NCBI GenBank assembly: GCA_012960845.1 | Contig: DUAN01000189.1 | Location: forward strand, 2,942-66,941 | Reading direction: 5' to 3' | Length of the DNA stretch: 64,000 nucleotides | Source: Planctomycetota bacterium | GTDB lineage: Bacteria > Planctomycetota > UBA8108 > UBA1146 | In this document: piece by piece, positions 18,401-26,717 of the stretch | How positions within the stretch are numbered: the first letter of the stretch is position 1 | Layout of the letters: each line of letters opens with the position of its first letter | The notes under the pieces: generated by a model | The model's input: the letters and a program-made list of their open reading frames with translations, nothing else | What the model was told of the DNA's origin: nothing | Databases searched by the model: none | Translations under genes and position numbers: made by a program

Positions 18401-21175
18401 ACCGACCGGACGACGATCGATCAGCAGCACCAGATCTCCCGGCCTGGTCGATCTCCAACCGGCAGAGATGTGGTACCAGGTATCATCGGCGAAGGTGGTA
18501 GTGGTGACCGAGTGTCGCACCTCAGCTGCTGGAAGCACCTTGCTATCCCATGCAACTGCGGAACCGGTCTCATCAAAGACTTGCAGTACCAACTCCTGTG
18601 TATCCCCGGAGAAGAACAATCTCACACGATCGCGATAGCGATCCAGAGTCGGGCCTACCGAGTCAAAAATGATGCGATTGCCACTGCGCGATCCCCAGCG
18701 CGGGCGATACCAGAAATCGACCATTGCAGGAACTGTCGAAAGAGCGTCGTTGTTGGCACCCTGATCCGGCGTCAATTCGATTTGCGGCTCTCGCAATCCC
18801 CGCCCCCTGCGACCACCGCCTTGAGTCGGGTCAGCTTCTTGCTGTAGAAGAATTGAGCGCTTCCACGAACCATCTTCCAGTTCGTATCCTTCGATGGTCT
18901 CGTTGAAATGCTCGACCTCGAGCAAGCCCACCGCTCCGAATCCGTAGTTTCCAGAATCTCGATCGTAGGCGATGGTCTCCCCACGAAGAGTTCCCTCATC
19001 GAGAGAGGGACCGGTGAACTTTCGACGGTTGAGGGGGATCGGCCCACTGACCACAAGGTTCGACGCCCTACCGGGAACGAAAGTCGTATTGAAACGAGAA
19101 AAGCGCCCCCCTCCCGGATCCCGTGTGGCATAGATGGAAGCCCAATCCTGCTGAGTTTCTAGCCTCAATGAGAGCGGATCGGGAGGTGCGACCTCGATCA
19201 CTTCACGATACCGGACTGTCGCTTGCGGAGTACCCACAGGACTCCTGGCAACACCGGTAGACTCCACCGTGTAGATCTCCGATGTCGCATAGCAAAATCC
19301 AGTGGTAGAGATGGAGAGTCGTGGCTGATTTGGATTCAAGGCGTTGATGAGAATCGATTCTGAATCACCCCCATCGAGGACACCACTCAACTGAGCAGCT
19401 TCCACCACCTCACGAAAAGCAGCAAAACCAGAGATCGGCATCGCCTCCAGCAAGAGATCGGTCAACCCGCGAGCCTCTTTGACGGTCACTCCATTGAAGT
19501 TCTGCTCGAATCGATCGGTAGAGAGACCGGTCAATACCGCCTCGATGACTCTACGAGGGGCGGTGTTGATGTTGATGGGGTGCCTCAGTGCGGCACTGAC
19601 CATCGCCTCACGCTCAGCCCACTCGAATTTCAACGGCTCCTTGAGTATCACCCCGCCCTGGAAGATGGCTCCAGTTCCCATACCTCTGAATCCGCCCCGA
19701 GGAGTCGGGAACGCCCCGGCAGCAAGGCCGTACTCCACCTTGGAAGGATCATTGATACTACGAATCCGAACGACCGTCCCCGGATTGAAGAAGTCATATC
19801 GTGGAAGTCGCATCTGTGGCACTCCCAGCAGCGCACTATTGGTGATCTCGCCCTCGACCATCTGTTCCTGCGACCAAGCTCTTGGCTGAGTTGAGCTGGT
19901 AGTGATCAGGTCGCGGATCTGTTCAAACTCGAATGCCGAAAATGTTTCCATACCTGGGATATCGAATATTTCCTGGTAAGCGAGGATGGCACTGGGGAAG
20001 TAGGACTTGCCGCGTTTCTTGATCTTCTTCAGCTCTGGCGCGATGAAAGTCAAATACACACCTTTGAATGCATTCCCCCTGGCCTTGGTCAGACCAAACC
20101 CTTCGACCACCTCGGCCGCTTCGATCACTGCGGCTTTACCGCGAATCGACTCGAGCAGATCGACCACTTCCTTCGGGATATTATTATCGAGGAACAACTT
20201 TCGTGCCTTGCGATACTCTGCCTCGTCTACCTCCTCAGGCTCTTTCTGGAGCAAGGAAGGATCGATTCCAGCGCGCACCAGCATCTCGGTGGTCAGTCCC
20301 CAGTCCGCCATATTTTCAAAACTCAGGCCGACCACAGCAAGGGTCTGGAGGAAGTAAGGCACCACTGACCAATCGGCAATCTGGCGGATTCCAATCGGAG
20401 TACGAAAAGTGGCGATGTCTCCGTCCGAAAGGTTGGCGAGTCGGTGCAAGAATACCTTCAAGCCGCGCAGATCGAAGACCGGCCACCCTTTCTGGTGCTC
20501 CCATGTCCCCGACAAGTACTGCCCCCGGAAGATTCCGGTCAATGCCTTTTCGGTCTTGCCTGTGTAGGAGATCGCCTCGACAGTGAAGAAGAGCGGATTG
20601 AGGATCACGACCACACCATCCACCGTCTCCGGATCATCATCCGCAGGAAAGGACGAGGTGTCGTCGAGTGGCAATTCACCAATATCCGTTTCATAACTGA
20701 TCGCTTCTGAAAGGTGACTCCCGGCCAGCATGTTGCCGATGAGATTGGGCATCGCAGAGTTGATGTTGATCTTACCCTGCTCATCGGTCACCCGAGCATC
20801 GAGGATCACAGCAGAATCACCGCGCATCTGGAAGACCTCCGGCGCTGTGCCGACCACCGGCACGGAGGTGATCGTTGCGGGAAAATCGACCTTCAGTTCG
20901 TCGAGGCCGTCGATCAGATCTGGTGCCTCTGTACCGGGTCTCCACCGGTCTCGTTCACGACTGTGGTGGGTATCAAATAGTTTACTCAGAGCATGGCTCC
21001 TGGCACTTTGCGCTGCGAGACTCGCTCTTTGTTGCGCCAGTGATCGAGCGGCGCCTTTTTCCTGAAGTTTCATCGAGATCACGAATGGAGTGCCGATCGC
21101 GGCCAGGGCGGAAAGCACCAGGATCACCATCAACAGGGCCATTCCCCGCTCACGATACCGTATTAAATTATCCAC
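15434..21175 (-). CDS. giant (1913 aa) GspK-like minor pseudopilin / tip-like protein with large extracellular insertions
   Basis: N-terminus RERG|MALLMVILVLSALAAIG, prepilin-like but lacking Glu+5 as in GspK; two GspK-type helix-hairpin-helix motifs (KININSAMPNLIGNML and HPININTAPRRVIEAVLTGLS); single uninterrupted 5.7-kb ORF. Confidence 0.75.
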   Translation of the reverse strand: MDNLIRYRERGMALLMVILVLSALAAIGTPFVISMKLQEKGAARSLAQQRASLAAQSARSHALSKLFDTHHSRERDRWRPGTEAPDLIDGLDELKVDFPATITSVPVVGTAPEVFQMRGDSAVILDARVTDEQGKININSAMPNLIGNMLAGSHLSEAISYETDIGELPLDDTSSFPADDDPETVDGVVVILNPLFFTVEAISYTGKTEKALTGIFRGQYLSGTWEHQKGWPVFDLRGLKVFLHRLANLSDGDIATFRTPIGIRQIADWSVVPYFLQTLAVVGLSFENMADWGLTTEMLVRAGIDPSLLQKEPEEVDEAEYRKARKLFLDNNIPKEVVDLLESIRGKAAVIEAAEVVEGFGLTKARGNAFKGVYLTFIAPELKKIKKRGKSYFPSAILAYQEIFDIPGMETFSAFEFEQIRDLITTSSTQPRAWSQEQMVEGEITNSALLGVPQMRLPRYDFFNPGTVVRIRSINDPSKVEYGLAAGAFPTPRGGFRGMGTGAIFQGGVILKEPLKFEWAEREAMVSAALRHPININTAPRRVIEAVLTGLSTDRFEQNFNGVTVKEARGLTDLLLEAMPISGFAAFREVVEAAQLSGVLDGGDSESILINALNPNQPRLSISTTGFCYATSEIYTVESTGVARSPVGTPQATVRYREVIEVAPPDPLSLRLETQQDWASIYATRDPGGGRFSRFNTTFVPGRASNLVVSGPIPLNRRKFTGPSLDEGTLRGETIAYDRDSGNYGFGAVGLLEVEHFNETIEGYELEDGSWKRSILLQQEADPTQGGGRRGRGLREPQIELTPDQGANNDALSTVPAMVDFWYRPRWGSRSGNRIIFDSVGPTLDRYRDRVRLFFSGDTQELVLQVFDETGSAVAWDSKVLPAAEVRHSVTTTTFADDTWYHISAGWRSTRPGDLVLLIDRRPVGRQSWLSRLNGALSFSGNRVSIVDGDMATRFPPNGTLLVGSEAIDYSGREGASFIVRPPGPNGSPPIGRGVRGTVRSSHASGTPVRLLGYSLPLANSDPRRALTDSSNDIIIGPGGASLEIEVTPTMRVSAFNTSNGAVELTPATFSRASTQVPFSVGSPVTSTLELEPFAANSLSLLVQTNGSHPLELGFPPRGYLHIRQWTQQGTEPRRLVATEFAKYSSITPGPVPGLYRFTAMGRALLNSTATVGIITATSTTTLQVRGVSIESNATDLNQSYAPSGVIQIDYMPGSQSIGLLQDAEWIRYTQIAEGKFFICDPDQVDAFRGFTGDKYINTGDPFRRNRPLWDMNGIVRHAAGQEITQVVRAVGASAGFADEVILGDGYGDPTNRLREDTPLRVRKVRETDSGTYVSFYWPPEGIYRPGQDPRIRRFPSGGLPSSTNGEIRFGSSMISGDGIDAPGTLDEVRFSRLDSSDVETYAFPAASNGGFRTMAIQASPGLPSGVRTEVIQSGYSKQDSEQPGGVLDRIHLLARSKLTASAPQPQGPESGASLPTGGVRTFSKGDPRGFGLGKREGLFQVDDEVMHYTFDPGQVEPDVVIQLEQDLPRDPYLDENALGEGEVVPYDPNRDLRVEVVNSIQVDNTANLPPNGGFLEMISGPTNEVLYYEQASNGVLRNVLRGQLGSSVGGYVYQWSYTDAAGAVQVVTNTHRLRLIPSRIIDVMTRGMLATERTSNELGREPLVPLPSIPVARLAGQVAESGLTLEVMGPPGNEGGNRQLAGFPSGEGYLLVDDGIITTPDEIIAHTGAQGSSFGLFRDDRTGKGIFRGRFGTDFKVQPAGTPVIELLARHHDRYQPLVESKDLQYLERAWTMPGTMWDRIRWEVEQSRNRATAGSVRVLARFDGVPGWDSIPTNQPGGLYLFDDPADVNRLGQFGDALEIRIHYRHRKGAHGQTRQSGVWNDEWKHLPVLKTLGIEHRKEWRILHHEEYPY

Positions 21176-22562
21176 GGATCGCCCCCGTCATATCGATCAC
21201 GATGTTATGGAGGCGCAGAACCGACGTTCCATCGACATCGCCGATTCCGTAATGCATCCCTGGAGTCGAAGGAACCGGATTCTGCTCCTCTGCTTCCCCT
21301 GTGACAGCTTCAGGATCCACTTCCCAGTCCTCCAGATGTTTCATCAGATCCGAAATTGGATCCCCGAACGCCTGAGCAATCTCTTCATCTCGACTCGTCT
21401 GCTCCTGCCGCTCACGCTCGATACGATCCCTGAACCCTTCGCCGGCGACGGCTGTTCCATCGGCCGCTTCGATTTCGGAGAAATCACCCACTTCCGCCAC
21501 ATGAATCACAACGGGACGATTGTGTTGCAAGGGATCCAGAGCGCCTCGACCATCCAGATGGATCACGGTAGTGGGTCCCAGAATTTCGATGTCGATGGGC
21601 ATCTCCACGACCACCGGAGTGGTCGCCACACGGAGAACCACTTGATCGATGGCTCCCATGAAAAATCGATTGGGATGACTGATCCACAGGTCGGAATCAC
21701 TATGGGGGACAGCAGTGGGCAAAGGAGGCCATTGATCGATCACCACCTTTTCGAATCTCTCGGGCACCCAGGGCTGCTCGACGCCGTCGACTTCGATGAC
21801 CAGTTCAGTTCGGTCGAAGGTCGCTCTCAGGTGAACCCAGCGATCGGGAACCAGCGTAGAACCTTCCGTCTGTGCCCGGATGAACTCCCCTTCGCTGGCC
21901 CTCAGAGGGTCGCCGATCTCCATGTAGACAGCACCGTCCCCGAGGACTCCCATCTCGAAAGAGTTGGGGATTCCCAGAACTGCCATGCGCATTTCTCGTC
22001 GGGGATCGGAGAAGCCACCGTCGGGCTCGATACCAACCTCGGGAAGCCACGGTGGCTGCCAGAAATGAACCCACGCTTCGATGGAGACTCCATCTCGTCC
22101 ATCATAAATGGGAAGCCGCCGAACACGAAATGCAGCCCCATCGTCGAGGAACATCGCCCCTCTTCCGACGGAACCTGCGCAGGCTTCGACCCGTCCCACC
22201 AACTCCGCGGGTTGACGAAATGCCCCCACTGTCTTCGAGCCCGCGGGAAGCGGGATTTTTTCAGGAAGACCGTGAAAATCCTCGAATCCCCATGCTCCTG
22301 CGAGCTGGAATCCAAAGGCGCTCACTTTTCCTCGATCTGGATCGACCAGGATCCGGCTCGGCATCCCGGTAGAAATCGACCAGTTTCGAGCGGCGCGAAC
22401 CGTCGTCGAGATGCTGCTGGATGCGATCTCCAGCGATTGCGCCTCTCCAAATGACTGAAAAACGGAAATCGACAATCCCATCAAAACGGACAGGATCGAA
22501 AGAACCACCAGCAATTCCATCAGGGTCACACCGACCTCAGAATCGACTGCCTTCTTTACCAT
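21168..22562 (-). CDS. GspH-like pseudopilin fused to C-terminal LamG/ConA-like jelly-roll domain
   Basis: SEVG|VTLMELLVVLSILSVLMGLSISVF prepilin N-terminus with Glu+5; C-terminal DGVSIEAWVHF...RWVHLRATFDRTELVIEVDGVE LamG-like signature. Confidence 0.7.
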   Translation of the reverse strand: MVKKAVDSEVGVTLMELLVVLSILSVLMGLSISVFQSFGEAQSLEIASSSISTTVRAARNWSISTGMPSRILVDPDRGKVSAFGFQLAGAWGFEDFHGLPEKIPLPAGSKTVGAFRQPAELVGRVEACAGSVGRGAMFLDDGAAFRVRRLPIYDGRDGVSIEAWVHFWQPPWLPEVGIEPDGGFSDPRREMRMAVLGIPNSFEMGVLGDGAVYMEIGDPLRASEGEFIRAQTEGSTLVPDRWVHLRATFDRTELVIEVDGVEQPWVPERFEKVVIDQWPPLPTAVPHSDSDLWISHPNRFFMGAIDQVVLRVATTPVVVEMPIDIEILGPTTVIHLDGRGALDPLQHNRPVVIHVAEVGDFSEIEAADGTAVAGEGFRDRIERERQEQTSRDEEIAQAFGDPISDLMKHLEDWEVDPEAVTGEAEEQNPVPSTPGMHYGIGDVDGTSVLRLHNIVIDMTGAIRG

Positions 22563-23197
22563 GGCGCCACATCGTCCGAGTCTGCCGCCTCGTCAGAATG
22601 CATCTGGTGAATGCCATCGGGACCTGCAGACCAGATCTGAAATCTTAGCGGTTCGTGAAAGGTCGCAGTCTTCAGAGAAGTCCCCGCCTGGATCTTGACC
22701 GGTCCAGTTTCCTGGGTCACGGAGTATTCGATCCCGTAGTCTCGGTTGTGCATGTAGACGTAGGGAACACCCCAGGGGTCGACATACTCCCGCAACTGAT
22801 CATCTCCGAAGACCCATCGCATCTGCTGATACAGATCCGCGTTTCGCAGATGATCCTGATCGAGGTTTTCGAGAAACTCTTCCTTGAACTCAAAGTAACT
22901 TCGGCCCCTGGATCGACTGGCGAGATGGGCCACCAGACTCTCATTTCCCTCGTCGAGGCCGTTGCCAGAGATCTCGTATTCCTTCTCCATCGAACTGGGA
23001 GGGTAATCTCCAAAATCGAGTTGATAGGTCTCAACGCCCAGCACCAACCTCTGCATCTCCTGCTCGGCCAGTCCGATGGAACTACTCTTGATGGCGAAAC
23101 CGACCATCTTTGAACCGAGTCCAGCCAGAACACCGATGATGGCAATCACCACCAGCAACTCGACCAGGGTGAATCCAGCTCGTGGAGAAGAAGTCAT
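22556..23197 (-). CDS. gspG: GspG-like major pseudopilin (type II secretion / type IV pilin-like)
   Basis: MTSSPRAG|FTLVELLVVIAIIGVLAGLG with Glu+5, followed by GspG-like EQEMQRLVLGVETYQLDFGDYPPS segment. Confidence 0.8.
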   Translation of the reverse strand: MTSSPRAGFTLVELLVVIAIIGVLAGLGSKMVGFAIKSSSIGLAEQEMQRLVLGVETYQLDFGDYPPSSMEKEYEISGNGLDEGNESLVAHLASRSRGRSYFEFKEEFLENLDQDHLRNADLYQQMRWVFGDDQLREYVDPWGVPYVYMHNRDYGIEYSVTQETGPVKIQAGTSLKTATFHEPLRFQIWSAGPDGIHQMHSDEAADSDDVAPW

Positions 23198-25528
23198 CTA
23201 GTACTCCTGTTCCCGAACAGAGACCGCCTTGCGTCGAAAGACCTCGAACTCCTCGACCGCCAGCTTGTATCTCTCACCGAGCGGAGCCTGCCCTGAAAAA
23301 CCCGCCGTCAAACCAGACTTCCGGACAGGCCGATAGGAAATTTTTTGCGCCACAAGGATGCCGTCAAACCACAATTCCGCACCCTTCTTGCCGTCCCTGG
23401 TGAAGATGAACTCCAACTGGTGTGCCCGATCATCGAGATCCCAGGAGGTGGCAATTAATCCATAGTCTTCCGCCTGCTCAACATCGTCACTGCGCACCAT
23501 CTCGATCTCTTTGCCACCGAGAAGTGCGAAACCCAGAACGCCATCTGGATCACGGAAGAAGATCAGCCCTCCGCCCGATTGATCTTCGATGCGAAAAGCG
23601 ACCCTTGTGCCAGCCCCTGCGGACAACAACCGCAGTGTCGAACGAATGCCGGTCAAGCGTGGGGTTAGAACTTCTCGTTTCATAGTTGTCAGACGGTCCG
23701 GTTGGTGCTTCTGAACCCCATCCAGCACGGCCATTCCATCCTGGAGTGAAACGGAAACACCGAAGGCTTCCTCTTCTCGCCAGTTATTTTGCAGCGAGGA
23801 GTCCGCCTCCCTCTCGAAGTCATCGAACCAGTACTCTTCGCCAAGGGTTCGGTTAATTCTACGGAATGCCCGCAACGCCCAGCGCAAGGGAGCCGGAGAG
23901 TCCGGTGTCCAGGATTCGCGCAACTTTTCCGGGAACAGTTCGAGAGATTTCCCCAGAGCACGTCGAGCCCCCTGAAGATCTCCACTGGTGTGCAGAAATT
24001 CAGCGAGAGCATTCCAGCCATCGGGATTCTTTGGCTGTTCGATGGTCACGAGGGTGAGAGATTCTCGGGCCCGCTCGGGATCACCACCGGGCCCCCGTTG
24101 CGCCAGCCCAAGGCGAAGCATCACATCGGAGCCATCGAGCCCACTGGCGATGGCATACTCCAACCACCTTCTTGCTTCAGCCAGTTCCCCCAGGGAGAGT
24201 GCGTGATCCCCCAGTACCAGGGCACATTCAGCGAATGCTGCGGAGGACAATACGTCATGCCGCATCACCTTTTCGATCTCCGGGGTCGGATCCCAACCTG
24301 GCTCCAGTCGCATCCTCGCCTCGATGCTCAGTAACCGTGATTGCCAGGTGGCATCGGCCTGCAGCGCCGCTTCGAGATACAAGTCCACAGCGGCGCGCGA
24401 TTCCCCCCTCGACTCCAGCACATAGGCTTCCACCAGTCGCCAGTCCACCTCGACCTTGCTTCCCGAGGAAGCGGAAGACAGTAGGTCGAGAGCTTTTTCG
24501 AAATAACCCATCCGGGCAAAGGAGAGCGCAAAGGTAGTGGCAGCAATCGCATCGACACTACCTGCCCTGAAAGCCTTCTTGAAGTCGCTTTGCGCCAGGC
24601 TCAACTCATCATCGAGCAATCGTGCAGAACCTCGATAGAGATAACTTTGACCATCGTCACCACCAGCAACGATCAGGTCTTCAAACATCTGCTCGATCGA
24701 TTCCCGCGATTCCAACGACCCTGCGGCATAGTCGAGGACTGCCCAACGGATTTCTCGTTGCAAGACCTCGACGTCACTTCCACCACCGCCTTCACGCAGA
24801 CGGTTTGCTGCCTCTCTCGACTCAGCCGTTCGACCCAGAGAATCGAGAAGGACGACTAGTTTTTTCAGAGCGGCAGCGACGCGCGGGTCTGCCATTTCTC
24901 CTTCGCTGATCTGGGTGAGTAGAATGACTGCCGCTTCATGTTCGCCGATCTGGATCAACTGAGTCACCGCCAGTTCGACCAGACCATCCTGTTCGATCCC
25001 GGCCTGCACCCCACGAAGGAGAGTCTCGACCATCATCACAGCAGCCGCCATTTCCTGATCCCTGGTCTTGAACTGGCGAAGTTGAGTCTGTTGGTAGATC
25101 GGCATCAGCAGTAGATAAGGAGCGGGAGCTGCGGGATCCAGTCGTACCGATTCCTCCAGGTGGCTGACCCCTTGCTCCAATAGCCCCACACCGGGATCAA
25201 GGCACCACTGACCGATTTCAAACTGGGACTCAGAAGATGCAACATCGAAATCCCCCATCCGTCGCGCTTGATAGACCTTTTCCGGAGGATTCCGATACCT
25301 GATACTTTTGACTTCTGACATTTTGAAGGAGACCTTGCCCGCTGAAGTTTCAAACTGAATCAGTTCAGTCAACTCTGCGAGAATCGTGCCTTCGAACTGG
25401 TTGCCGTTGGTCAATTCGATCAGATCGAAAGCACGGATCTCCAGGTCGATGGCACTTTGGGCCTCGACCACGGACCAGGAAAAGAGCAGGAGGCTCAGCA
25501 GGACGATGCGGTTGTACTTGTTCATCAC
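23198..25528 (-). CDS. secreted TPR-repeat protein with C-terminal LamG-like/jelly-roll domain
   Basis: Signal peptide MMNKYNRIVLLSLLLFSWSVVEA; many TPR-like helical repeats; C-terminal HQLEFIFTRDGKKGAELWFDGILV jelly-roll signature. Confidence 0.65.
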   Translation of the reverse strand: MMNKYNRIVLLSLLLFSWSVVEAQSAIDLEIRAFDLIELTNGNQFEGTILAELTELIQFETSAGKVSFKMSEVKSIRYRNPPEKVYQARRMGDFDVASSESQFEIGQWCLDPGVGLLEQGVSHLEESVRLDPAAPAPYLLLMPIYQQTQLRQFKTRDQEMAAAVMMVETLLRGVQAGIEQDGLVELAVTQLIQIGEHEAAVILLTQISEGEMADPRVAAALKKLVVLLDSLGRTAESREAANRLREGGGGSDVEVLQREIRWAVLDYAAGSLESRESIEQMFEDLIVAGGDDGQSYLYRGSARLLDDELSLAQSDFKKAFRAGSVDAIAATTFALSFARMGYFEKALDLLSSASSGSKVEVDWRLVEAYVLESRGESRAAVDLYLEAALQADATWQSRLLSIEARMRLEPGWDPTPEIEKVMRHDVLSSAAFAECALVLGDHALSLGELAEARRWLEYAIASGLDGSDVMLRLGLAQRGPGGDPERARESLTLVTIEQPKNPDGWNALAEFLHTSGDLQGARRALGKSLELFPEKLRESWTPDSPAPLRWALRAFRRINRTLGEEYWFDDFEREADSSLQNNWREEEAFGVSVSLQDGMAVLDGVQKHQPDRLTTMKREVLTPRLTGIRSTLRLLSAGAGTRVAFRIEDQSGGGLIFFRDPDGVLGFALLGGKEIEMVRSDDVEQAEDYGLIATSWDLDDRAHQLEFIFTRDGKKGAELWFDGILVAQKISYRPVRKSGLTAGFSGQAPLGERYKLAVEEFEVFRRKAVSVREQEY

Positions 25529-25911
25529 TGCGACTCCTCATCTTCATCGACTGCCACGGGTATCTTCAGTTCAGCTCGCAAGCGGGTTCTGGGGTCCCCG
25601 GAGACCAGTGCTGGCAGTGGGATTCTGCGCGGCACGGAGCTCACTGGAGGTTCCCCGAGTAAATCCGCCGGAGCAGGTTTCCAATCGCTGACACTGGCGA
25701 ATGGATTTCTGGCCGCCTCGATGGGAGCCGGCTCATACCACTCCAGCCTCACCAGCCCTCCGACAGTTCCTCCATCGCTCGATTCCGGTGTCCGCAGATC
25801 GACAGCCGCAAGTGGATCTTCCAGGATGTAAGTCTTTGCCAGTCCCAGAAGATTCAGCAGCAAAAATCCAAGACAGAGGACGCAGAATCCTTTTTCGATA
25901 TTCCAGCGCAT
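25525..25911 (-). CDS. small membrane-anchored hypothetical protein (PilP-like position)
   Basis: N-terminal hydrophobic helix FCVLCLGFLLLNLLGLA; translationally coupled within operon; no domain recognised. Confidence 0.4.
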   Translation of the reverse strand: MRWNIEKGFCVLCLGFLLLNLLGLAKTYILEDPLAAVDLRTPESSDGGTVGGLVRLEWYEPAPIEAARNPFASVSDWKPAPADLLGEPPVSSVPRRIPLPALVSGDPRTRLRAELKIPVAVDEDEESQ

Positions 25912-26717
25912 CAGAACCCCCTCCTCGAACGGTCAGAACCCCTTCGAGTAGAACTCGACTCCACTCGGGGGTCTTCCATGTCGATCCCGACTACCGTCAA
26001 TTCCACTTCGATCTTGTCTCCACCAGATTTCTCAGGGATCACCCGGATCGGCTCCAGTGACAGGAATCCGCCATTTCTCTGGAAACGAAGCAGCATTTCT
26101 GCCAACTGTTCCGGCAAGCAGAGCATCTTGACCTGGAGGGGATAACGCGCGAGTACCTTGTCTGGATCTTGTAGCGCTTCCTGAATCCTCTTCGCCGGGT
26201 TCACGTCATCGAGACGCGCCACCCCGGTCTGAAGACAAACCCTGGTAAATCGATCGAGCACCTCCAGCAAGCGATATCGATCGGACCACTCCAGTAGAGA
26301 CAGGTCCGATCGCTCATCGAAATTCGGTATCTCAGCCGGCGTCACCATGCCAGCGCGATTGGCTTGGTTTCTGAAGTTGTTCCAGACCAGATCCTTGGCG
26401 CGCTTGAAGTCGGTACTGACAGATGCTTCATCGACCGATGGCTGGTGTACCGCAGAATAGGCAATGCCTAGTTTCTTGAGGAGATCCCGATTGCGCTCCT
26501 CGAGAGCGGTCCGGGATTTCCTCTCCACATCGACCACTCCTTCGAGCCCCTCGAGATCCTGAGCGACCAGTTGAGCATCCTCTTCATGACGAGCCAGGCT
26601 GATCTCATGCTCAGAGCGATAACCCCGGGTCACATTGGATATCACGAGAAAGATCGCCAGTGCGGAGAGAGCCTGGATCAAGACCTTACGATTTTTTTGC
26701 CAGATTTCCTGCATCAT
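25911..26717 (-). CDS. GspM/PilO-like bitopic inner-membrane assembly protein
   Basis: Single N-terminal TM (VLIQALSALAIFLVISNV), coiled-coil, C-terminal ferredoxin-like region; position after GspL-like gene. Confidence 0.5.
   Translation of the reverse strand: MMQEIWQKNRKVLIQALSALAIFLVISNVTRGYRSEHEISLARHEEDAQLVAQDLEGLEGVVDVERKSRTALEERNRDLLKKLGIAYSAVHQPSVDEASVSTDFKRAKDLVWNNFRNQANRAGMVTPAEIPNFDERSDLSLLEWSDRYRLLEVLDRFTRVCLQTGVARLDDVNPAKRIQEALQDPDKVLARYPLQVKMLCLPEQLAEMLLRFQRNGGFLSLEPIRVIPEKSGGDKIEVELTVVGIDMEDPRVESSSTRRGSDRSRRGF

Noticed and set aside
21090-22454. 454-aa + strand ORF
   Set aside because: Completely antisense to the GspH-like/LamG gene, which has a textbook prepilin N-terminus; the + frame lacks any recognisable motif
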